A stretch of 20,000 nucleotides of DNA. Origin: Chiloscyllium plagiosum. Its lineage: Eukaryota. The stretch lies in NCBI RefSeq assembly GCF_004010195.1, contig NC_057718.1:11920765-11940764 (forward strand). The letters are read 5' to 3'. A program made the position numbers and the translations under genes. The notes beneath the pieces were generated by a model. That model was not told where the DNA came from. It saw nothing but the letters and a program-made list of their open reading frames with translations, and made no database searches. Below, one piece after another: positions 9,446 through 18,637 of the stretch. Positions within the stretch are counted from its first letter, which is position 1. Each line of letters begins with the position of its first letter.

Positions 9446-10802
9446 ACCCACCAATCAGCCTTCACAGTCTCTTCCTTCCTGTGATTGCTGCAATGTGTAC
9501 CTTTCTGATCCAGGTAGTGATCCTTTTGATTAGAAATTTTCCTCTGATAGAATCATCACATACTCTCTCCCTCAATTGAAGTGGGAGCCTAGAAGGCAAT
9601 GTACTTAGATTTTATTCATGAACAGCAACAGCTAGGTGCACTGATCAGTCAGGTTCTGAACAGGTAAACAGATCTCCATTCTGTCTGGGATTGAGATGAT
9701 TCCAGCCATTAGTTTTGCTTCTCTCTCCATGGTGTTGCCTAACTTGTTAAAAGTTTTATGGCATTCTGGTTTTATATTTATTTTGCAGGTTTCATTTGCT
9801 AACTGTATAAAGAATGCAGTTTAAATATGTTTATGATTTAAAACTACGTAAACCACTGGAATTTAATACTTTGCTGAAATGTACAATTTTTATTCATCAT
9901 TGCTATCCACAAATTATAAGAGTATTTACCCACTGCTTTCAAAGAAGTAGGGAGCTTTGGGAAGCTAATTTTAACTAATAACATACATATCATTTAAAAG
10001 TAAAATTTGTTTCAGTATTATTCATTGATTGAGCCTGAAGGCCTATTAAATTACTCATAAAACAGAGCCATATAAATTGTAATTAGATAGTGTATAGATT
10101 TTTTGCTTCATATTAGACTTCAAAGGATTAAGAAACTTGACCTGGGATTCCTAACAGACCATAGGGACTATCTATACAAAAGTTTTAACACCACACAATT
10201 ACAACACTATTTCACTCCAAGTGCTCCCAGATTCCAGTCTTCCTAAGGTTAATTGCTCCCGGGCCTCAACATACCCATTCTCAGTAGTCCCAACTCTTAA
10301 CCTTTTGAGCTACAAACAAGTTACTTGCTCACTTTGAATCATTGGCAGCAACACCACCCACTGCCATAGGCCTAACTCTCTAATCATCACTCCCACTTGC
10401 CCATTCCCACACTTATTATGTAAATGAGTGAAATACAATCCTGCCCAAGTTGATGAGTGGAGGAAAGTCCTATGCCAATAGGATTCTAGCCTTTCTATTA
10501 GGATCAGACTTTACAAGTTCCTTTCAACGTCAAAGAGGTTCACAGCTCACAATCGGCATGCTTCAATCACAAATATTGCACCTTCAATTTGAAGGTTTTG
10601 AGACAAAATCAATGATGTATTCAGTCAGTGATCTAGAATTAGAATTGCATAAGCTGTTAAACATGAATCCTTTACAATTATCCACATGTCGGCCACCAAA
10701 ATGGTTTATGTTTGAATAATCTTCGATAAATTTCAACACCATTACTTTATTAGTTCGGGAGTTTCAGCTTCTGGGTCCCAGCAATCTCCCCCTGCTGGTA
10801 CA

Positions 10803-11123
10803 TTAGATTAGATTAGATTACATTATATTAGTGTGGAAACAGGCCCTTCAGCCCAACAAGTCCACACCGACCCGCCAAAGCGCAACCCACCCATACCTCT
10901 ACATTTACCCCTTATCTAACACTACAGGCAATTTAGCATGGCCAATTCACCTGACCTGCACATCTTTGGACTGTGGGAGGAAACTGGAGCACCCGGAGGA
11001 AACCCACGCAGACACGGGGAGAACATACAAACTCCACACAGTCAGTCACCTGAGGCGGGAATTGAACCCGGGTCTCAGGCGCTGTGAGGCAGCAGTGCTA
11101 ACCACTGTGCCACCGTGCCGCCC
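10803..11123 (-). mobile_element. HE1-type V-SINE, full length, best-preserved copy
   Basis: Intact Pol III A-box TGGCACAGTGG and B-box GGTTCAATTCC on the minus strand, with retained CpGs and a (TAATC)n tail at 10803-10830. Confidence 0.95.
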
Positions 11124-13606
11124 ACAATGTGCAATGTACATGTGCATATCGTAGCCTCAATTGGACAAAATGTACAATGTAATTTTCAATACATAACATA
11201 GGAAACTACAAACAGGATCCAGTCATACATTATAATTGTATATTGCATGATACCCCTGCTACTTTAAAATGTCTCCTCAAATTTTCTATAATCAAAGTCA
11301 TAGATGATATGCTCATGATTGTAAAACCGACCACAGACTGCACTACCGTCCTGATGTGCTTGCAATTAAGACAACACCACTAAACAGAGGTATCTCAAAG
11401 TTATATTTATATGGTGAGATCTGTCTTGATCTACAGCTCACCCAGAAACTGAAACTCCCTAACTAATAAAATAGTGGTGTTGAAATCTATTGAAGATTAT
11501 TCAAACTCGAACCACTTTGATGGCCGACACGTGGAAAGAACGATCATTTTACCTTCTCTGTCTTTGCAAAACAGTCTCTGCATGATTATTCTATTCTGAT
11601 GTTATTCTCCAAACATTTGAAAAATATTATGGTATTTATTCATAAAGTGGAACTTATTTCATTTTTCCACAGTTTTAGGAAATTGCTAATATTTGTGGAG
11701 TGCCACAAAATGTCATCACACGGTACACTGCACGCAGTGAAAGGAAATTATACCTTTCAGTTAAACCACAATAATGCATATGTGCAAAAATAGCTGACTC
11801 AGTAATGATGCAAAGGGAGACTTATTTTACATTAGCACGCAAAATCTTCTCAGTTGTGCATATTGTTTAATGATGTAACTTGCCTAACAAGAGAACCACA
11901 AACATGAACTTGCTTGGAAAAAATATCATGCTAATTAGTGCTTTAGTCACAGCATTGATCTTGTCATGCGTACAGAACACAAATAAATACATGTTCACAA
12001 AAACATACACAAGTTATTTTCAATACGTTCTTGTACTGTTTATTTCCAAGACATAAAATCTTCATAAAGTTGACAGGGATCCATAATTACTAGTCGTCTT
12101 TCCAGTGTGGAACACTGAGTTGAACCTGAAGTCGTATTCCATAAAAGATACTAGATGCCCTGGTGAATTGCATATTGTGAATCTGATTGAGAGGTCTAAA
12201 TGCTAGTAAAAAGTAGACTTGAAACTCATGGTATTTGCAAATACTAGCAAAACCTTGAGACTAGGTCACTTCCTTAAATTCAGATGTAGACTTTATAATT
12301 TAAAGTATCAATCTTAGAACTCTCAGAGCACCTAGCCTCCTTGATGATCCTTGTTTACAATTATTTAGAAGCAAAGTGATACTCATAAATCTAACTGCCT
12401 AGCATTGAGGCATCCATTCCTTTAAGGCTGAAAGAGTTTCAGCCAATAAAAGGACTAGTAGCTCTTTAATCTCAGTAAGCTCCAGCTGGAGCTGAGGCCA
12501 TCCTAGGCACTGCAGTCAGCCTGGACCAGCATCTATGGAGGTGGCCCAGGAATGGACCTAAGTCTGTGTATTACCAGTCAATCAAATAGGCCTCAGCAAT
12601 GACATTACTTAGGGACTGGAAAACGTTTTCCCAAGAGACAGCCCTTTGTGGGTCAAGATTTGTCAGCTCAGGAGGAAAACTCTGCCCAGACCTGCAAGAT
12701 GTCACCAGCTTTGATACTGTGATCTCTCAACATACTTTAGCGCTTCCTGCACCAAACTATCAGCAACAGCGGGATGAGATCACTGAGCTCCATTAATTGG
12801 GATTTAAAGTCTTAAATGGCCCTTAGCCAAGAAGGCCATCTTCAATGTTTATTTTCCCTGACTGAATTGGAGTGAGTAGTGAAGGTATTGGGTACTCCAT
12901 GCACCCCCTCCAATTCCTCACAATTGCATGTTTCCACCTCTGCCTCTCTGAGTACTCAAATTCTAGCCCACATGTACAGAATACATAAAATATCTTATAA
13001 TGAAATGATAATGTCTGCTTCAAAAATATTGCCAGTTAGTTTTGTCCACAAGATTATTACCTGATAGACTTCTGACTCCCCTTTATTCTCCTCATCGCTA
13101 CCTTCTCTCCCCTGGTATTTAAATACACTTTAGATTGTGAGAAACCTCTTAGGTTCACTTCACTGCAACTGGAAATTGAGAACTGTAAAAGTTAACAATT
13201 CACTATATTCTATTTTACACTGCTGTCCAAAGTCTTGTGCTGGATAACTATTGCACAAGACATTAGGAGAGCGTCCTTATCCTTGAATATTGTTAAAAAG
13301 AGAGATCAAAGTTTTTCATCTTTCACTAATCGGGACAAAGGAATGCCAAATTACAAATGATTACAACAATTAATGCTACACGAGAAAATTGTGCAAATTT
13401 ACTAATACGTCATCTCTGATTTGCTGAGACATTGCTGTAAAGAAAGCATTGATGAACTCTAGTATCCAAGCTATTGAGAAATTCAGACAAAGTGCAAGGT
13501 CTGAACATATGCTTTTATTGTTGGAAAATTAGTCTCTGTGTATACATATATGTTATTTCTACCAAATATAAAAGAGCCATGTTATAAGCTCAACTGACTA
13601 TCTGTT

Positions 13607-13815
13607 ACAAAAACAGAAATTACTGGCAAAACTCAGCAAATCTGGTAGCATCTGTGGAGAGAAATTAGAGTTAATAATTCGGGTCTAGTGAGCTTACTGA
13701 AGATCCTTCTGAAATGTTAACTCTGATTTTCTCCACAGGTGATGCTAGGCCTGCTGAGTTTTTTCCAGCAATTTCTGTCCTTGTTTCTGATTTCCAGCAT
13801 TTGCAGTTCTTTTGA
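13607..13815. mobile_element. Fold-back (palindromic) PLE-derived non-autonomous repeat
   Basis: Imperfect inverted arms of about 75 bp: acaaaaacagaaattactggcaaaactcagca...ctgtggagagaaattagagttaa versus ttaactctgattttctccacag...tgctgagttttttccagcaatttctgtccttgt. The 3' extension tccagcatttgcagt is shared with the 17558-17688 element. Confidence 0.75.
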
Positions 13816-14063
13816 TTCTTCTTATCTTAAATTGGTTGTTCATGTTGCTACCAGACTTTTACACTGGAAGACAGAGCCTTCATTTAACCTGAAAGATGGG
13901 TGTACTGATTTTACCATTTCACGAACTTAAAACTCCAAGCAGACTGTCTCCACTAAATTTCCTCATTCCAGTAGCATCTCCAAGCCTGGTGGAATGCTGG
14001 AATTTTTAAAAGTCATATTTTCTAATGTGTAAAATGAGGAAGACTACAGCCTTAGACCTCCGT

Positions 14064-14270
14064 AGGAAATCACACGACACCAGGTTATAGTTCAACAGGT
14101 TTATTTGAAATCACAAGTTTTCAGAACGTAACTCCTTCAACAGGTGAAGTCACATCACCTGATGAAGGGGCTATGCTCCAAAAGTTGGTGATTTGAACTA
14201 AACCTGTTGGACTATAAATCTGGTGTCGTGTGATTTCTGACTTTGTCCACTCCAGTCCTCCACATCATAT
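14064..14270. mobile_element. Fold-back PLE-derived repeat with a hammerhead motif on each strand
   Basis: Inverted arms of about 82 bp (14066-14147 and 14155-14237). Flanked by a 9-bp near-direct repeat gacctcYgt (14055-14063, 14271-14279). Confidence 0.75.
14155..14191 (+). ncRNA. Minimal hammerhead ribozyme motif (mutated core)
   Basis: UCAC-CUGAUGA-A-GGGGC-UAU-GCUCC-AAAA-GUUG-GUGA. Stems I and II pair, but GAAA has become AAAA. Confidence 0.6.
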
Positions 14271-15811
14271 GACCTCTGTGCCCTCTTGAAAGCCATTAAG
14301 CACTGTAGATTACATTATAACTAGCCTAAAATTAAAGATACTCGGCAAAATGGCCTGTAACAAATAAGCTCATGTCTGAATACTGGAATGTATTTGCCAT
14401 TTTCCTGTTCTTGGAAATTTTAGCAGGTTTATACACTACTTCATATCATCTTGAATGAAAATAATGGGAATTTTTATTGTACATGGTCCATGGATGGAAC
14501 AGGTTCATATGTTTTTCATCCATGCTTTGCAACAGTTTTCAAAGCCACTTTTATATATGGGTGACCAAAAGACAATGGTGCAGTTTCGCCTGAAAGTAAT
14601 AATTTCTAGACAGAAATCTCAAACCACATTTTCCTATTGTGTATCCTATTTTAGACACAGCTTTTAGTCATATAGCTTTAATCTTATGAATGGGATTTTC
14701 TACAATCCCAATGGCTCAGGCAAGCTGCTGTCCTTGTCTACATCTTGTCTCATAGTTAGTGAATGATGACTAATGTTTTGAGAAGAGGAAACAAAAGTAT
14801 TGAAACTGTAGCGCCATCACCTTTACCATGATGTTGGTTTATCCTTGCCTTTTTTATTATCAGTTCCTGGTGAAAGGTGTTAGAATTTTATTTATACAGG
14901 AGTATGTCTGCATGGATTTCAAGTGATGCAATAATGAAGTACTTGTGTCCCAGTTGCTGCTTTTCATTAACTGCATATAGTTATATTACTCTGTGAGCAA
15001 TTCCAACAAGCAAGTTTACAACCTAAACTATCAAACTTACAGACTGCCAGACTGATGGATTGTGTTTCACTGAGCACTGTTCCCCTAGAGAGTCCCTGAA
15101 AATTCTTAATTTTTTGTACCAATTCCTAAGTCTCCATTGTTTAACCGAACCCACCACCGCCCACCCTCTCTGCCACACTGGTAACTGTAAAAATTACTGA
15201 TCCCACTGTCTTTATGTTAACGAGGATTCATTAACAGCTTGAACAACAAAGATGTATACTGGGGAAGAGAAATCTGTTTTAAATTGTCCTGATGTTCACT
15301 TTTAATAGGGTATTATGCATAGGATCCTTCAACTCTGAGAAACTTATGAGACTTAAGAGTTGAGGGAAAAAAATGAAACCATTGAAAACTTGGATGGAAA
15401 TATATGTCTACATCTGATGTGCCGTGTTACAAATATTTTCAGTGAATTTTATGTTGATGCCAAAGAAACAGATTGCAAAATAAAAAATATACAGATGTGA
15501 AGGGTTGCTTGGAGAATTGATACGATTTATGAAGACTAATGCTATGACTGTAATGATGGCAAACCTATAAAAGAGCAGATTTATAATTCAATTTATATTT
15601 TCAGTTGGAGGCCTTCCCAAATTCTGTGTCAGTTGCAAAATGTTTCTTTTTATCATCAATGCTATTAATTATTTCCAGGTTAATGATCAGAAATAAAATA
15701 AATGTACTAAGAGTCTCATAAAATATCACAATACAATACCACTTTTTGTAATCTTGACATTCTGTTAGAACCCAAGAAAAGTTTCTGATTCCAAAATCCA
15801 CTCCACCACCA

Positions 15812-16410
15812 AAACCGTGTATTTACATTTCTGTGACATTGGTCATCTCTGCACCTGCCTCAGTTCAACTGCTGCTGAAACCGCCACTCCTACTTTTGTA
15901 ACCTCTGGGTATGACTATCACATTGCTCTACTCACTAGCCACCTAATTTACATCCTCCACAGATTTGAATTCATCCAAAAACTAACTGCCTGCATCTTAA
16001 TGTGAAAAGAGTCCACCACACTCATCACTGAGCTTACTAAATGCCATTGTCTCCTAGTTCAGCAAATATCTCAATTTGAAAATTCTCTCCAAAAGTGCCC
16101 ATCTTTATAATCTCCTCCAATGCTCTGAGATCTCTACAGTCCTCCAATTCTGGCCTCTCCTGCATCCCTAATTTAATTGCTCCACCGCTGGAGGGCACAC
16201 CTTGGCCTAATCTCTGGAATTTCCTATCTAAACCACTTCATCTGTCTATCTCCTTTATAAAGACACTCTTAAACCTACCTCATTGACAAAGTTTTTAGTC
16301 ACTTAGCCTAACACCTTCTTACATGGATCAGTGTCAGATAATGTTTAGTAGTGGTCCTGCAGACTATCTTATACATTTTATTACATTAATGATGTTAGAT
16401 GAATTTAAAT
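15812..16410 (+). mobile_element. Old L2-clade LINE 3' fragment
   Basis: YLHFCDIGHLCTCLSSTAAETATPTFVTSGYDYHIALL...LHRFEFIQ and LRSLQSSNSGLSCIP...PNLWNFLSKPLHLS...KTLL match L2 ORF2 C-terminal motifs ('AETLIHAFVTSRLDYxNALL', 'LWNSLP', 'FKxxLKTYLF'). Confidence 0.85.
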
Positions 16411-17546
16411 GGTTATTCTCAATTACACTGCATTGAGTACATTAGAATTGAATGTTATCAAATTAATGAAACATAGGGCAGAATTATTCCTGCTGTTCAA
16501 CAACGCTGCATTATATCCAACAGAAAAAAAAGGCCGAAGAACTTTTCTTAGTCCTGTAGATCTCGATGACTCAAAGACTATGCCTCTAATGTGGGAAATG
16601 GTGAAACAGTTCAGAAAATATGGCAAGAATGGAAAATTAGATTTTCAGCATTAAGGGAAAAAAGGTTGACTTTCCACTTAAGGTTTCAATTGGTGGTCTT
16701 GTGCACCTCAGGTCCTTTTAACATCCCATTCTTAACTAATCCGTCCTCGTTAAGTGCAGACAGACAGAAGAAAGTCACAACAGTTGCTTGGAGGCTGCAG
16801 CTTGCCAGTTTCTCCAGGCATCCTTTCTGGGCAGTTTTTCCCAACATCTCTGGGAATATGTGTTCTGTGAATGCTGACTGATCACATTACGAAGGGACTG
16901 TTTTATTTCCAATATTCCTCACGCAGGCACATCAGAACTGTCACCAAAAGATCTAAGACTAGCAGCTGGTACTATCTCTGTGGTCACAAAACAATGAACA
17001 GCCAGAGACTTTGGCAAGTAGGCATATATCTGCAAGCCCAAAGGCACTCGCCAACTCCAGCAATGCCAAATCGCATCCAAATGCAGCATTTGCAGCAAAA
17101 GGCCCCCACAGGATGAGAAGAAAGTGTAGAAGGCCCCAGGCTTTCATTCCCAGTGGAACGTCTTCTAGCTGTGCGAGGGGCAATGTCACCACCAAACTGT
17201 CTCATCTGCTGGAGCACTCTAGATGCAGGACACTACAGTATAGACCGTACACATGTTGTGTCGAGAGCATTACAGATCATTCAGCTAACTTCTTTAATAG
17301 GAAAGGGTTCCATTTGCTTAATATCCAACTCTCTTGTGATCATTGTGGCCATGTCTTTGGAGTCAAATCACATACCCTTGAAGATTCCATGATGCCTTGA
17401 TCCTTGATAATTCTCAGATTCCCACTTTACTCTTAGGGCCAGATGCCTTACAAAGCAATGCTGCTACTCTCCAAAGTTGGCTCTTTATTACATAAGTTAC
17501 TGTTTAAGGTCAAGCATAGATAGAATGCAATACATTCTTCCCCAGG

Positions 17547-17688
17547 ACTGGGGAAGATTCCTGATGAAGGGCTCCTGCCCGAAATGTTGATTTTCCCGCT
17601 CCTAGGATGCTGCCTGACCTGCTGTGCATTTCCAGTACTACTCTAAGTTTTACTCTAATCTCCAGCATCTGCAGTCCTCGCTTTCGCC
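17547..17688 (+). mobile_element. Short PLE pseudo-LTR-derived insertion with a 16-bp TSD
   Basis: Perfect direct repeat TACATTCTTCCCCAGG at 17531-17546 and 17689-17704. The body is homologous to 5302-5385 and 5696-5781. Confidence 0.85.
17557..17593 (+). ncRNA. Minimal type-I hammerhead ribozyme motif
   Basis: CUGAUGA (17561-17567), extra A, stem II GGGC-UCCU-GCCC, GAAA (17581-17584), U-GUU putative NUH site, and a weak stem I (UC/GA). Confidence 0.7.
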
Positions 17689-18065
17689 TACATTCTTCCC
17701 CAGGGCACAAAATGAGGTTCCTATGCTTAGAGGACTTTTGGGAGTTTCATTGCTGTATGTTACTGACAGATTGTGCTGCATAATCCTTCCAATCTGTGCT
17801 CTGGACATGTGTAACAAGCAAAGAGGAATATAGTGGATGATGAATAGTTGTGAGTGCTGCAGCATTCTTCTAAGGAAGAAGATGAGGATATTGATCAGGA
17901 GGAATATCACCCATTGATGATAGAGTGCAGAGTACAACTAGCTAGGTAGGACTGATTGGACGCTCACTTCCTTTTGAATTGAGTTGGGTGAAGTCATCAT
18001 TCATTGACTATTAAAGTGTGATGCCAGAAAGGCAAGCAATCCTTATTTATTCACAAATATAAATG

Positions 18066-18269
18066 CAGAACAACCTCAATTATCTGAATGTCAATTATCT
18101 GAATTTTGGATTGTCTGAACAAGATCTCAAGGACCTGTAAAAACGCTATCCATTATCTGAACAATCCATTATCTGAACAATTCATTATCCGAACAATCCA
18201 TTATCTGAACTCTGTTATCCGAACAAAAAAAAACCTTGCCCATGTGTTCGGATAATCAAGGTTGTTTTG
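18066..18269. mobile_element. Tc1/mariner-pogo (Tigger-like) MITE with internal repeats of the TIR motif
   Basis: Imperfect TIRs of about 23 bp, cagaacaacctcaattatctgaa and ttcggataatcaaggttgttttg. TA lies on the right (18270-18271) and TG on the left. Eight direct copies of ttRtcYgaa, partly at a 16-bp period. Confidence 0.8.
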
Positions 18270-18637
18270 TACATCTTTCTTGTTTCTTCTTTCTTCATTT
18301 TTCCTGTTCTTCAATATAAATTTACATTAACAAATATTGGTAGGTGACCACAATATCTAAAGCTCCTATATTCAAAAATGACATGATGTTTTGCTACAAT
18401 AGTCTTGAGAGAAAGACTAGGAGTGGTCCTTCAGACAAGTTTCCAGTAGCTGTGTGACATTAGGGATGGGTAGGTCCTTCAGCTAAAATGACTGGAGATC
18501 AGACAGGTGATAATGCAAAGTATAAATGTATTTCCAAATGTGAAATTCTGTTTACATTAAGGTCTTACTCATTCTACCTACGTGCCTTCAGGTCTTCCTT
18601 CTCATTTCTCTCACTACATCTAGGTACAGTTCCATGT

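Larger units (their letters stand above)
17110..17835 (+). pseudogene. Decayed PIF/Harbinger DDE transposase, interrupted by a hammerhead-bearing insertion
   Basis: Ordered motifs across frameshifts: IDRTHV (17240), FNRKGFHLLNIQLSCDH (17293), HDALILDNSQIP (17388), LQSWLF (about 17470), NAIHSSPR (17524), KMRFLCL (17709), LLYVTDRLCCIILPICAL...QRG. Confidence 0.85.

Noticed and set aside
9709..9790. Strong-looking splice acceptor (ttttatatttattttgcag)
   Set aside because: The upstream sequence resembles a decayed arm of the 13607-type repeat, and no convincing exon or donor follows.
11050..11123. tRNA-like sequence with A and B boxes
   Set aside because: It is the tRNA-derived head of a SINE, continuous with the SINE body, and not a tRNA gene.
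17011..17400. 129-aa ORF as a domesticated HARBI1 gene
   Set aside because: The transposase motifs are spread over several frames with stops, deletions and an insertion, so this is a transposon fossil.
18146..18224. Regularly spaced repeats suggestive of a CRISPR array
   Set aside because: The units are contiguous with no unique spacers, lie inside TIRs, and the context is vertebrate.
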